From assembly GCA_963832745.1 (NCBI GenBank), contig CAWHVC010000002.1:1-64000 (forward strand): a DNA stretch of 64,000 bases, in the 5' to 3' direction. A program made the position numbers and the translations under genes. This DNA is from Candidatus Bathyarchaeota archaeon (GTDB taxonomy: Archaea; Thermoproteota; Bathyarchaeia; Bathyarchaeales; Bathycorpusculaceae). How positions within the stretch are numbered: the first letter of the stretch is position 1; the number at the start of each line of letters is the position of its first letter. Under the pieces are notes generated by a model that did not search any database, was not told the DNA's origin, and saw only the letters and a list, made by a program, of their open reading frames with translations. This document shows, piece after piece, positions 39,555 to 49,652 of the stretch.

Positions 39555-40007
39555 TTGAAATGGAAATTAATGGCTTTAGGGTCTTTGACGACTCTAACAC
39601 TGGTTATAATAGTGCTTCTCTCGATGTTTGCCTCCGGTGCGGTTGCCGTAACAGCAACTGTATCATCAAGTGGAGTAATTACGACACCAAATTTATCCGT
39701 CTATTCTGACAGCGCCTGCACAAAAAGACTAACATCAATCGATTGGGGAAATATTGCACAAGGCAGTCAAGTCACCAAGACTGTATACGTTAAAAATGAA
39801 GGCACTACTGCACTAACTTTGCATATGAGTACAACAAATTGGAATCCGGCAACGGCATCTGGTCCAATAACCATATCATGGGACCGCGAAAGTACAGCCT
39901 TAGCCGTAAACCAGGTAACAACTGTAACTTTAACCCTAAAAACTGCGGCGACAATAAGCGGCGTAACCACTTTCAGCACAAACATCGTAATATCAGGTAC
40001 AGCATAA
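39555..40007 (+). CDS. Secreted Thr-rich Ig-like hypothetical protein
   Basis: Hydrophobic N-terminus; IDWG..G...TKTVYVKNEG. Confidence 0.7.
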   Translation: MKWKLMALGSLTTLTLVIIVLLSMFASGAVAVTATVSSSGVITTPNLSVYSDSACTKRLTSIDWGNIAQGSQVTKTVYVKNEGTTALTLHMSTTNWNPATASGPITISWDRESTALAVNQVTTVTLTLKTAATISGVTTFSTNIVISGTA

Positions 40008-40211
40008 ATCACCACTTTACTTTTTTTTGTTAATAAGGCAAGCCAGATAGCGGTTTTATTCTAGCAAAGACAGCTTTTCATTTTTAGCAAAATTAACTTC
40101 CTATCTTGTTAACCTCAATCAATCAACCATTTAATCGGCTTCACAAAAACGCTCAAATTATCAGCAGACTATTAGCCATTAAATTCAGCGAAGGGAGAGG
40201 GAGACGAAATA

Positions 40212-40571
40212 GTGAGAAGATCAGTGCTCGATAAGATTTATCGAGAAATGTTGAGCATCCGTTACAGGCTTGATGACCTTGAAAAGAACATGTCACAGTG
40301 GAACCCCCAGCCAACTCAGATTCCGGAAATGAAACTTTTACTGCTTCCAGACCATTTAAGAAAAACTTTCACAACGGTTGCAGCCAAAGGTGAATGTGAC
40401 GCCACAATTGTTTCAAACGTTACGGGTCGAAGCCGAGCAGTTGAAAGCAACTACTTAAATCAGCTTGCCCGCATGGGTTGGTTAAATAAACGTAGAGTTT
40501 CAAAAACTATTAGTTTCAGGCTTGTGGAACTTAAGGATAATGAAGGTGAGTCAGAGTTAACCCGAATTTGA
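40212..40571 (+). CDS. wHTH transcriptional regulator-like protein
   Basis: LPDHLRKT..A..VS..TGRSRAVESNYLNQLARMGWL. Confidence 0.75.
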   Translation: MRRSVLDKIYREMLSIRYRLDDLEKNMSQWNPQPTQIPEMKLLLLPDHLRKTFTTVAAKGECDATIVSNVTGRSRAVESNYLNQLARMGWLNKRRVSKTISFRLVELKDNEGESELTRI

Positions 40572-40606
40572 GACTCTCTTCAAAAAGAAACTCTTTATTT
40601 GGCAAC

Positions 40607-41416
40607 TTATCTTTTCCCGTTTGGTTTTTCGGCGGCAGTTTGCCAAAGCATTTCAAAATAGTCTTGAGCTAACCCGATAAGACCCTTATTGTTTGTCCAT
40701 AAAGCTGGTGAACCAGAAATATCCATCTTTGGGTCTATTATTACAAAAAGCTCTCGGCTATCATACAGGCCAAACACTGTTTTAGGCATGTTTACAAGGA
40801 AACGTGCTTGGAAAGAAGGATAAATGTTCCAAAGTTTGTTGCCTGCTTCGTTTACTTCTTCTGATGGCGCCTTTTCAACTATAAAACGGTAATTAATTTT
40901 CCGTTCAGCCGCCCTTTGCGCGCTTTCAAGAAAAACGTTACCTACACCATGAACGAAACGTTTCCAAGAAATAACAACACTAACTGAGTATCGTGAATTA
41001 TCGATTGCTTGACGAATCCGATTAACTATTGCCTCTTTTTGTGGAATCAAAATAAATTGGTTAGCAGCTTCAGCTTGATCTATCATATTTCTTTTCTTGA
41101 ATGAACCTAAAAGGGCGTCTGTTTCATTTTTTAATCGTTCATATTCAGCCTGTTTCTTAATTAAAAGAACTTTGATTCCTTCCTCGATAGGTAAAGCTTT
41201 AAACTGAACAGGTACTTCAACAAGTTTTTCAACCAATCCCAATTCATAAAGCTTGTTTAATGTTCGGTACACGTCTGGTCTTGCAACGTCTGAGGCTTTA
41301 GCTAACAAAGCAATTTTTGAAATGCCAAATCTTGCAAGAGCTAAGTAAACCCTGGCTTGCACTAATGTGAGACCCAAATCTGTTAACGTTTGAACTTCTG
41401 TCGGCTCAGATTCCAC
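40607..41416 (-). CDS. TrmB family transcriptional regulator
   Basis: LGLTLVQARVYL..RPDVYRTLNKL.ELGLVEK..P..F; YFEMLW. Confidence 0.9.
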   Translation of the reverse strand: MESEPTEVQTLTDLGLTLVQARVYLALARFGISKIALLAKASDVARPDVYRTLNKLYELGLVEKLVEVPVQFKALPIEEGIKVLLIKKQAEYERLKNETDALLGSFKKRNMIDQAEAANQFILIPQKEAIVNRIRQAIDNSRYSVSVVISWKRFVHGVGNVFLESAQRAAERKINYRFIVEKAPSEEVNEAGNKLWNIYPSFQARFLVNMPKTVFGLYDSRELFVIIDPKMDISGSPALWTNNKGLIGLAQDYFEMLWQTAAEKPNGKR

Positions 41417-41519
41417 CTATTTGTCTCTCCAAGTCTGATTTCACACTTATACAAACCCTGATTATGATGAAAGGACAACTAACAGGTCATAAATATATTT
41501 TCATATTTACTCACACGCT

Positions 41520-42125
41520 TCATTGTTTATACCACTTTGCAAATTTGCTAACTGCCTTAGCCCTATGGGAAAAATGGTTTTTTTCTTCAATAGTCATTTC
41601 AGCAAACGTCTTTTTACTTTGGGAAGGCTGAAAAATTGGATCAAACCCAAAACCAGAGTTGCCATCACCCTTGTGTTCTGTAAGCGTTATTTCACCTGCT
41701 GATTCGCCTTCAAAAATCAGCGGATTGGTCGCTTGACTGCAGTATACTATGGCTGAACGAAAAGTTGCTTTACGGTTTTGTTCGTTCTCCAATAGCTTGA
41801 GTATTCCTTTGTTATGAATTGTCTTGTAAACATAGGCCGCATACGGACCTGGAAAACCATTTAAGGCATCAACAAATAAGCCCGCATCTTCAACAATCAG
41901 CGGCAAATTACACCTGTTAAATGCTTTTATTGCACTGTTTTCTGCGATTTCGTTTATGCTATCACTTTGGATTTCGTCGCCCTTCATTTTAAGCATGCCG
42001 ACGGCTATTCCCATAGGCTTTAAAATGCTGCGCACCTCGTTGAATTTGTGAAAGTTGCCGGTTATGAAAAAAACCATTTTTCCATTAAACTCTGATTCAG
42101 CGTTACTGTTTGCGTTCTTCAACAT
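41520..42125 (-). CDS. rdgB: XTP/dITP diphosphatase (Ham1 family)
   Basis: TGNFHKFNE, EDAGLFVDALNGFPGPY, GFGFDPIF, SHR. Confidence 0.95.
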   Translation of the reverse strand: MLKNANSNAESEFNGKMVFFITGNFHKFNEVRSILKPMGIAVGMLKMKGDEIQSDSINEIAENSAIKAFNRCNLPLIVEDAGLFVDALNGFPGPYAAYVYKTIHNKGILKLLENEQNRKATFRSAIVYCSQATNPLIFEGESAGEITLTEHKGDGNSGFGFDPIFQPSQSKKTFAEMTIEEKNHFSHRAKAVSKFAKWYKQ

Positions 42126-42762
42126 AGCGTCCTCGCCTTTCAATTTCACTGATTTTCTCATAAACCTTTTCCGTCAACTCGTCACCTAATACCAGACTGT
42201 AACCTGCAAGAACATCTTCAAAGCAGCTTTCCCAAAAAACAAAATGTGTACTCTGTAAAGCACGTTTTAGAAGGTGCAAATCGACCCCTTTAGCTTCCAA
42301 TTCAACGTTTTTTTCACCTAAACCAAAATCTACAAGATAAATCGTGCCTTGCTTGTCCAATATCATGTTTGAAGTTGTCAAGTCACCGTGGATTAAGCCT
42401 TCCTTGTGAAGTTTGCCAACTAACTCGCCGATTTTACAGCAGATTTTTTTACGTTCAGCTTTCGGTGCCCTGTTTAGGTACTGCTTTATTTGAACGCCTT
42501 CAATATATTCCATTACGATTGTGGCTTCTGGAACGTTTACCATGTAAATCAGTGGTGTTGGTACTCCAGCGGCTTTGGCTTGATGCATTAACTGGGGTTC
42601 ATGAACTGTTCGGTAACTGCGGATTTGTCTATCTAAGGCTTCGGGTCTGTACAGTTTGGGAATGCGCGTTTTAATTAATGCTTTTCTTCCGTGCCAGTCT
42701 GAAAGGTAAAGGCTGGCTTCAGCGCCCTTCCTTAACAGAACAGGGTATGTTAATTTATCCAT
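42103..42762 (-). CDS. bud32: KEOPS kinase Bud32
   Basis: KGAEA, K.R.PK.YR, IHGDLTTSN, DFGL, RRGRY. Confidence 0.95.
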   Translation of the reverse strand: MDKLTYPVLLRKGAEASLYLSDWHGRKALIKTRIPKLYRPEALDRQIRSYRTVHEPQLMHQAKAAGVPTPLIYMVNVPEATIVMEYIEGVQIKQYLNRAPKAERKKICCKIGELVGKLHKEGLIHGDLTTSNMILDKQGTIYLVDFGLGEKNVELEAKGVDLHLLKRALQSTHFVFWESCFEDVLAGYSLVLGDELTEKVYEKISEIERRGRYVEERKQ

Positions 42763-43784
42763 GGCACATCCACCTTGTCTACTCGCCAACGCAACTTCAC
42801 ATAACTCTCATCTAGTGGAGTAGTTAACCCGTGAGTATAAGCTAAAACGCCTGTCCAAGCAACCATGGCGCCGTTATCAGTGGCGAACATTTGCGGAACC
42901 ACATTGAAACGTGCATCATGCTCTTCTGCAATAACCTTAAGCATCGCCTGCAAACGCTTATTTGCAGCCACACCTCCCGTTAACAATACCTCTTTTTTTT
43001 CAGTGTGAGCTAACGCACGTTCAGTAACTTCGGTAACCATGGCAAACGCGTGCTCCTGAAGGCTGTAACACAAATCTTCAAGGTTGCAGTTGCCTTTCTG
43101 AAGCTGAGCGGTTGCAGCGGTTAAAAGTCCACTTAAGGATAAATCCATGCCCTTCACGACGTATGGTAAGGTGCTGAGGTTTTTGCCTTTAAGTGCAAGT
43201 TGCTCTATGGCGGCACCAAGCGGCAAACCTTTCTGATTTTTTAGGCCTGCTTGTCTTCCAAAAACATCAAGACAGTTACCAAGTGCAATATCCAAGGTTT
43301 CACCGAAAACCCTGTAACGTTTGGATTCAAACGCGGTTACCATAGTGTTTCCGCCTGAAGCGTAAAGCGTGACTGGGTCGGTTACACCTGTTTTTAGTTT
43401 TCCCACTTCAATATGTGCAACTGAATGGTTCACTCCAACTAAAGGAATGTTGAGGTACGCCGCTAAAGCGCGAGCTACAGTTGCTCCTGTGCGGAGGCAG
43501 GGTCCTAATCCAGGGCCCATGGAAAAAGCGATGCATGTTAAGTCTTTAGGTTTGATTTTTGCTTCAGTTAACGCTTGCCGTAAAACTTTATCCGCAACTT
43601 CTGAATGGTGTCTTGCCGCTTCTCTTGGATGAATCCCGCCTTCTGCCGGCACGTAGCTGTCTACAGCGTTTGCAAGGATTTCACCATCGAATTTTGATAT
43701 GCCTATGCCTAAATCGTCTGCTGTGGATTCGATGCCTAAACAGTACAAGTTACCGGTTTGCAATGCTCTCTTCGTGTTAATCAT
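42750..43784 (-). CDS. kae1: KEOPS t6A synthase Kae1
   Basis: LGIESTA, GIHPREAARHH, GPGLGPCL, VNHSVAHIE, SGGNT, GGVAAN, DNGAM. Confidence 0.96.
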   Translation of the reverse strand: MINTKRALQTGNLYCLGIESTADDLGIGISKFDGEILANAVDSYVPAEGGIHPREAARHHSEVADKVLRQALTEAKIKPKDLTCIAFSMGPGLGPCLRTGATVARALAAYLNIPLVGVNHSVAHIEVGKLKTGVTDPVTLYASGGNTMVTAFESKRYRVFGETLDIALGNCLDVFGRQAGLKNQKGLPLGAAIEQLALKGKNLSTLPYVVKGMDLSLSGLLTAATAQLQKGNCNLEDLCYSLQEHAFAMVTEVTERALAHTEKKEVLLTGGVAANKRLQAMLKVIAEEHDARFNVVPQMFATDNGAMVAWTGVLAYTHGLTTPLDESYVKLRWRVDKVDVPWIN

Positions 43785-43869
43785 GTGAATCCAAGTTTTC
43801 TGAGGGATACATATTTTTATCTGGAATGAACGCTTATATCTAATTGCATTATTTGGAACTGATATTAGC

Positions 43870-44295
43870 ATGCCTAAACGTAATGACCTTGAACAAAAAG
43901 CACTACATTATGTAGTTAACACGGGTTATCAGGGTGTACTTCAATCAGATTTATGGCGTGAACTTGGCGCAAGCAGCCGTGAAGGTTCACGTGTTTCAAT
44001 CAAGCTGGAAGAAAAAGGGCTCATCCGCAGAGAAAAGGAACTGCAAGAAGGCCGCTGGACATACAGGTTGTATCCTAAGAGGCTTCCGGCATCTATTGAA
44101 ACCATTGTTGACTGCCCATGTTTGCTTTGTCCAGACAATGCAAGATGTGACCCAACCACAGCTATTTCTCCTAAAAGCTGCCAAAGATTAACTGACTGGA
44201 TTTTGGGTCTAGGAAACAAAGACCAAATGCCAGCTGCACCTGAAGATCCAAGCATACCAGAGGATGATTCCCTTGCCGAAAGCTTGGATACGTGA
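43870..44295 (+). CDS. TFE-beta / Rpc34-like protein (wHTH plus Fe-S cluster domain)
   Basis: GVLQSDLWREL..SREGSR..KLE..GLI.R..GRWTY, then PCLLC-x5-C-x10-C..LTDW. Confidence 0.82.
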   Translation: MPKRNDLEQKALHYVVNTGYQGVLQSDLWRELGASSREGSRVSIKLEEKGLIRREKELQEGRWTYRLYPKRLPASIETIVDCPCLLCPDNARCDPTTAISPKSCQRLTDWILGLGNKDQMPAAPEDPSIPEDDSLAESLDT

Positions 44296-44893
44296 AAGAA
44301 AAAACGAGTTTTACTACAAGAAAGCCAAAGCTGAAAACTACCGCAGCCGCGCCGTATACAAGCTGGTTCAAGCTAACGAGAAATACGGTTTCATTAAACT
44401 GCGCGACGTCGTCGTTGATTTAGGTGCTGCACCTGGCGGTTGGATTCAAGCAGCCAGAAAAATGACTGGCAAATACGGTTTTGTCTTAGGCGTAGACCTT
44501 AAACCGATTGAACCGTTTCCTCAAGATTACATTCGTACGGTAGTTGCTGATTTAACTGAGCCAAACATTGCAGAGCAAATCCTTTCATTTCTGCCTCGCA
44601 GACCAAATGTTGTGATTTCTGATGCTGCACCAAATGTTACAGGTGTCTGGGAAGTTGACCATGCACGACAAATCGATTTAGCCACAAAAGCGATGGATAT
44701 TGCATTGCAGATTTTGCGTCCAGGCGGCAACTTTTTCGTAAAACTCTTCGAAGGCGACTTAATGAACGAGTTTATCCAAACTGTCAAGTGCAACTTTACA
44801 GAGGTTAAAATTGTTAAGCCACAAGCGAGTCGCGCTAAAAGCTCTGAAATGTACCTTTTAGCTTTAGGCTCAAAAAATGGTCTTGAAGAGTAA
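44264..44893 (+). CDS. rlmE: 23S rRNA 2'-O-methyltransferase RlmE/FtsJ
   Basis: YRSRAVYKL, DLGAAPGGW, VISDAAPN, K.F.G, ASR..SSEMY. Confidence 0.94.
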   Translation: MIPLPKAWIRERKNEFYYKKAKAENYRSRAVYKLVQANEKYGFIKLRDVVVDLGAAPGGWIQAARKMTGKYGFVLGVDLKPIEPFPQDYIRTVVADLTEPNIAEQILSFLPRRPNVVISDAAPNVTGVWEVDHARQIDLATKAMDIALQILRPGGNFFVKLFEGDLMNEFIQTVKCNFTEVKIVKPQASRAKSSEMYLLALGSKNGLEE

Positions 44894-44905
44894 ACCATAA
44901 TTTCT

Positions 44906-45628
44906 TTGATGCCTCTTTTTGTTTTAGGTGGTATGGGTTTGAATGTTGTAGCGGCTGATTCTGCAGCGGCAATTCTTGATGCTCAGTTTAACCCTGTTTT
45001 TCTTGTTGCTTCGGTGGCAGTGCTTGTTAAGCCTCCTTATCGTGAAGCAAGTTATCGTATTGCCCAACCTATTTTTAAAGAGGTTAACACGGGCTTTGAA
45101 GTGATAGTGCATGAAGCTGAACTTTGCCTTCAGATGCTTGATAAAATGAAAGCTGACGTGGTTCATTTGGACATGACTTTAGGTGGTATCCCTCTTGAAG
45201 CATTGTCACCAGTGGAGTTGTCTAATTTGAGGGCTTCTAGAACAGGCAAAGTAAATATTCTTAAAATTCTGCCAAGGCTAAGAAAAATCGCTACAGAAAT
45301 CAAACGTCTCCATGACATAGAAATGCTTGCAATAGGCAAAGAAAGTGTGCCTGTTAGAATTGCAGAGTTAACTGCTGGTGCTGAAGCAGTTTTGTTTGCC
45401 GCCAAAAAAGTTGTAGCTGAAGAGGAACCTTTACTGTTGGGGTTGCCTATTAATTGTCAGCCTTTCTTTGCAGGGGATGAGGTTTATTTGCAGTCGCTTA
45501 TGGCTGGTGAACATGAACTTCGTGGGTTTGCCGTTGATGTGGAAGATGTACTGGGAAAGGTTAAATTTACAGAAACGTTTAACCCATGTGCACGTGGCTT
45601 TAGAGCCGTAAAGATTCAAAACCGATAA
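44906..45628 (+). CDS. DUF4152-like (RNase H-like fold) protein
   Basis: VVAADSAAAILD..P, E..L, DVVHLD, IGKESVPVRIAEL. Confidence 0.7.
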   Translation: MMPLFVLGGMGLNVVAADSAAAILDAQFNPVFLVASVAVLVKPPYREASYRIAQPIFKEVNTGFEVIVHEAELCLQMLDKMKADVVHLDMTLGGIPLEALSPVELSNLRASRTGKVNILKILPRLRKIATEIKRLHDIEMLAIGKESVPVRIAELTAGAEAVLFAAKKVVAEEEPLLLGLPINCQPFFAGDEVYLQSLMAGEHELRGFAVDVEDVLGKVKFTETFNPCARGFRAVKIQNR

Positions 45629-45638
45629 ACAAAGGAAA

Positions 45639-46199
45639 GTGTTTCATTTGAGCGATATTTTATCATTTTGGACAAAAGCTTCCCCCAGACGGAAAAGAGT
45701 CTACTCTTTAATCTTCATATTTATTCTTTCGGTTGTGGTAACTTTTGCTGGAACTTTAGTGCCGTTAACAACTGAAGAAGCAAACACAATCTCCAACCAA
45801 GTTAACCAGACCCTAATAGAAAACAACGATTTTGCTTCCTTAACAGGCGCAATTTTTGTTAACAACTTTATGCTCTGCCTAATCATGTTCATTCCTGTAG
45901 CGGGTGCATTGTTTGGACTTTTTACGTTGTTCTCCACTGGCACAGCTATAGGCGCGATTTCTATGGTGCAAGGCATGCCTGCAAGCATCACAATACTGTT
46001 ACTAATGATTACACCGATATTTTGGCTTGAATTCGTCTCTTACTCGCTGGGCATGACAGAAAGCATTTGGCTGTTCCGTCGGTTAACGCAAAAACGGTGG
46101 CGGGAACTAAAATGGACTGCCCTATTCATCGGCGTCACTGCAGGTTTACTTGCTCTCGGCGCTGTGGTGGAGGCATGGCTTATACTTGCAGGCGCCTAG
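45639..46199 (+). CDS. SpoIIM/DUF95 family membrane protein
   Basis: IFVNN..CL.MFIP..G; P..WLE; LLALGAVVEA. Confidence 0.82.
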   Translation: MFHLSDILSFWTKASPRRKRVYSLIFIFILSVVVTFAGTLVPLTTEEANTISNQVNQTLIENNDFASLTGAIFVNNFMLCLIMFIPVAGALFGLFTLFSTGTAIGAISMVQGMPASITILLLMITPIFWLEFVSYSLGMTESIWLFRRLTQKRWRELKWTALFIGVTAGLLALGAVVEAWLILAGA

Positions 46200-46206
46200 C
46201 CTCTTC

Positions 46207-47064
46207 TTATTTTTTGATTATTTCTAAACTAATATCTAATGATTTTACGCTATGCGTTAACGCGCCCACACTGATTATGTCCACATTAGCAAGAGCGTAA
46301 TCCAGCAGGGTTTCGCTGTTTATTCCGCCACTTACTTCCAGCAAGACCTTATGAGGAAGCTTTGCATTTTTAAGCATTTCAGCCGCTTTGTTAGCTTCAT
46401 CTGGCGTGAAATTATCAAGCATTATTATGTCTGCGCCTGCCTCAGCTACCCTAAGAATATCGGTTGCCTTTGTTATTTCAACCTCAATTTTCTTGCTAAA
46501 CGAAACGTTTTCTTTTGCCAACTTAACCGCTTTCACCGGGTCACCGACTACTGCGATGTGGTTATCTTTGATTAAAATCATATCATCCAAGTGTAGCCTG
46601 TGAGGGTCACCGCCGCCGACAGCGACAGCTTTCTTGTCCAAGTAAAGTAGACCCGGCGCGGATTTTCGGGTTGCAGATATTTTTGCTGAGGATTTTACCG
46701 CTTCAAGTTTTTCAGCTAAGTCGCGTGTAGCTGTTGCGATGCCGCACATGCGTGATAATAAATTAAGTAGTGTACGTTCAACTGTTAGGATAGTTTGTGC
46801 GTCACCGGTTATTTGCATTAGAACCTGCTTGTTTTTTACTTGTTCACCGTCGGTGAGGTTGGCTTTAACTTTTAAATCTAAGGCTTGAGCAAGAATGGTT
46901 GCTTCTTTAATGCCTGCTGCTACTCCAGGTTCTTTAGCGATTACTTCAGCGGTTACGGTTAAATCTGACGGAATGACTGCGGCTGCTGTAACATCGCCTT
47001 GACCAACATCATCGTTTAAAAGGTGTATTAGTCGTTCTTCAACAAGTTTTCGAGGCACAAACAT
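46207..47064 (-). CDS. nadC: Nicotinate-nucleotide diphosphorylase (carboxylating)
   Basis: GDVT, ERTLLN, ATRK, HRLHLDD..LIKDNH, IMLDN, SGGI, GALTHS. Confidence 0.96.
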   Translation of the reverse strand: MFVPRKLVEERLIHLLNDDVGQGDVTAAAVIPSDLTVTAEVIAKEPGVAAGIKEATILAQALDLKVKANLTDGEQVKNKQVLMQITGDAQTILTVERTLLNLLSRMCGIATATRDLAEKLEAVKSSAKISATRKSAPGLLYLDKKAVAVGGGDPHRLHLDDMILIKDNHIAVVGDPVKAVKLAKENVSFSKKIEVEITKATDILRVAEAGADIIMLDNFTPDEANKAAEMLKNAKLPHKVLLEVSGGINSETLLDYALANVDIISVGALTHSVKSLDISLEIIKK

Positions 47065-47153
47065 AGTTGTAACTTAATTTATCAAAGGTTTAAATGCTTT
47101 CGTTGCCTTGAATTTAGAAAACTAAAATTAAGACGTTCCTCTGCTGTGATTGT

Positions 47154-48293
47154 ATGCGATTGCTGTTCACCTGCTCAGAATTGGGGTTAGGTCATGTTTC
47201 ACGGATTATTCCTTTAGGCAAGCGGCTGGAACAAGCTGGGCATGAAGCGTTCTTTTTTTCAGGCGGCAAAGCCTATGAACTGCTAAAAAAAGAGTTTAAA
47301 CACGCTTACAAATGCACTCCAATCGCATGGTACGAAAACGCTTCGGGAATTGTTACATCAGCTTCTTTGATTAACATACTGTTTCCTTTGCCTGTGTTTA
47401 ACGCGGAGAACCGCCAGTTTGAAATGAAAAACTCTAACGCCATGGAGGTTATCCATAGGTATTATGATTTAAGAGAAAACCTGCGTGACATTGCCCCTGA
47501 TGTGTTGATTGCTGACGGCGACATAAACGCTTTAAGGCTCGCCTTCAGATGGAAGATTCCATCGGTTTACATTGCTAACTTGATTCGTCCAAGTTACGGG
47601 TTTGCAAGTTTACTTAATCCTGGCGAACGTATAGTTGAAGAATACGTTAAACGCTGTACAAAAATTGTTATTCCTGACAATCCGCCGCCCTACACGGTTT
47701 CAGGCTATAACATCGGCGACTTGCGTGGTTCAGCGTTTGAAGATAAAATCGAGTATGTTGGCGCCTTTATGGACACTACACCTGTTGAGGGTGCAGAAGA
47801 GCATGTTTTTGCTCCCGTAAGTGGGCCAATCGGGACCCGTTCAAAACTACTGAAAACTTTGCTTCCTGTTCTTCAAAAAATCTCTGGCAAAGCAGTAATT
47901 AGTCTTGGCATTCCCGGCAAGAAGGCTTCAGCAAAGATTGGTAACTGTGAAATCCACAACTGGCTTTCCACTGTTGAACGCCAAGAAGCCATGAAAAACG
48001 CCAAATACGTAATCTTCAGCGGTGGACACATAACCTGCTTCGAAACCGTAAAGTATGCTAAACCAAGCATTTGCATTCCAACCCAGCCTGAACAAGGTGG
48101 CAACGCGGCAAAACTGCAAGATTTAGGCTGCTCAATCAAAGTTAAAAACCAAAAAGAGTTGGAGAAAGCTGTGCAGAAAATGGAAGTAGAGCTTGCTGTT
48201 TACAAAAAGAATGTACTGGAGCTTAGCAGGTTCTCTAGTAGATTTAACGGTTTAGATAGGGCTGTTGAAATTGTGGAGAATGTTTTAGGTTAA
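47154..48293 (+). CDS. GT-B glycosyltransferase (MJ1255/GT28-like)
   Basis: GLGHVSR; SGGH.T..E; P..QPEQ..NA. Confidence 0.85.
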   Translation: MRLLFTCSELGLGHVSRIIPLGKRLEQAGHEAFFFSGGKAYELLKKEFKHAYKCTPIAWYENASGIVTSASLINILFPLPVFNAENRQFEMKNSNAMEVIHRYYDLRENLRDIAPDVLIADGDINALRLAFRWKIPSVYIANLIRPSYGFASLLNPGERIVEEYVKRCTKIVIPDNPPPYTVSGYNIGDLRGSAFEDKIEYVGAFMDTTPVEGAEEHVFAPVSGPIGTRSKLLKTLLPVLQKISGKAVISLGIPGKKASAKIGNCEIHNWLSTVERQEAMKNAKYVIFSGGHITCFETVKYAKPSICIPTQPEQGGNAAKLQDLGCSIKVKNQKELEKAVQKMEVELAVYKKNVLELSRFSSRFNGLDRAVEIVENVLG

Positions 48294-48919
48294 GCTTGTG
48301 AGTTTAGACTTAAGCGTTTGACTTCGCCGTTTGGGGTTTGTTCTTCAAAGATTATGGCTTTGAACCGGTAGATTTTTGTGCCCTTTGTTAACCAAGTGTC
48401 CGGTGGTAATCCTGCCTTCATGCAGCATTGACAAAGGAATTCTTCCTCGCACCATTGCCACTCAACTGGAACTTGTGGCAACAGAAGTCCTTTGTTGTAG
48501 CCTTTCTCGATGATTAAGCCGTCTTGACCAACTTTGATTTGTTTAATGTACTCTTTTGGGTTGTCAACGTTTACTTGCTCGGGCGGTGTTAAAACGCTGA
48601 CTTCAAAAATGCATGTATCCAATTCGTCAAGAGCCATGGCTGGGAAGCGTGGGTCTTCTGTTGCAGCGTTTATGGCTGAATCAATAACGGCTTCCACAAG
48701 CGGGCTTGTCGGGTAAGGGTAACCTATGCAGCCGCGAAGAGCTTTTTCTCCTGCCTTAAAAGTGTTTATAGTGACAAAGACGCCGCATTTCTCGTAAAGC
48801 TTCCTAGGCGTATCTTTAGGTGGCTTTAGGGTTTGGCCCGAATCCAGGTAAGTTTTAACTGTATTTCGTGAAAGTTCGATTAAGAATTTTCCTTCTTCAT
48901 TTGTTAATTCAAACGGTAT
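48290..48919 (-). CDS. AMMECR1 / AmmeMemoRadiSam system protein A (apparent ATA start)
   Basis: Frame extends 74 codons beyond the ORF track: IPFELTNEEG..GVFVTI..LRGCIG..DPRF..EVSVLT..GLLLPQV..KAGL. Confidence 0.9.
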   Translation of the reverse strand: MPFELTNEEGKFLIELSRNTVKTYLDSGQTLKPPKDTPRKLYEKCGVFVTINTFKAGEKALRGCIGYPYPTSPLVEAVIDSAINAATEDPRFPAMALDELDTCIFEVSVLTPPEQVNVDNPKEYIKQIKVGQDGLIIEKGYNKGLLLPQVPVEWQWCEEEFLCQCCMKAGLPPDTWLTKGTKIYRFKAIIFEEQTPNGEVKRLSLNSQA

Positions 48920-49001
48920 ACCCTAATACCTCCTAGTCAACAACCTGTATGTTATAGTGAACAAGAATTAAGAAGTTAAAAAAGGTTAAAAAAGGGCGAT
49001 T

Positions 49002-49652
49002 TTAGAGTTTGGTTGATTCTTCGGTTACGCCTTCCTTGGTTATGATAAGGAAGTTGATTCCGTCGCCGCTCATTGCATCTCTGTTTATTGCAGATTTGAT
49101 TGCCCTTGTGATGAGTTCTTTTGCTTCAGCTACTGTTATTGATTCTTTGTAGGCTTCTTCTATGACGCCGATGGCTACTTCTGTCCCTGAACCGACTGCT
49201 GCGTACTTGTCTGGAATAAGTGAACCTAAAACGTCAAGAACAAAAAGTGATGCGCCTTCTTCATCTAAACCGCCGACGATTGTTTGAGTGTACAAAGGTG
49301 CGTATCTGCGGTTAAAGAGAATGTTTGCCATAAGTTTAGATGCCGCTCTTACACTGATTTTTCTGCCAACATCCATGCTGAATAGTTTGGCTTGAGCTTC
49401 CATTTCTCGGGCGAGAACCTGCATGTCTCCAACAAGTCCAGCGCATGCGACCCCGATTTGGTCTGTTACTTTGAAAACTTTTTTGCCGCCTCGGCTCATG
49501 ATAAAGCCGCCGTAGGTTACACGTTTTTCTGAAGCTAATACTACGCCGTCAACACAAACGATGCCGACTGTTGTTGCGCCTGGCATCCACGCCATACCTT
49601 GCTGAGCTTGATTGCCCTGTGGCTGCTGTTGGCGTTGCTCTTCTTGAGGCAT
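49002..49652 (-). CDS. psmB: Proteasome beta subunit (start uncertain)
   Basis: GATTVGI..DGVVLASEKR, KKVF, AGLVGD.Q, GSG, RDAMSGDG. Confidence 0.93.
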   Translation of the reverse strand: MPQEEQRQQQPQGNQAQQGMAWMPGATTVGIVCVDGVVLASEKRVTYGGFIMSRGGKKVFKVTDQIGVACAGLVGDMQVLAREMEAQAKLFSMDVGRKISVRAASKLMANILFNRRYAPLYTQTIVGGLDEEGASLFVLDVLGSLIPDKYAAVGSGTEVAIGVIEEAYKESITVAEAKELITRAIKSAINRDAMSGDGINFLIITKEGVTEESTKL

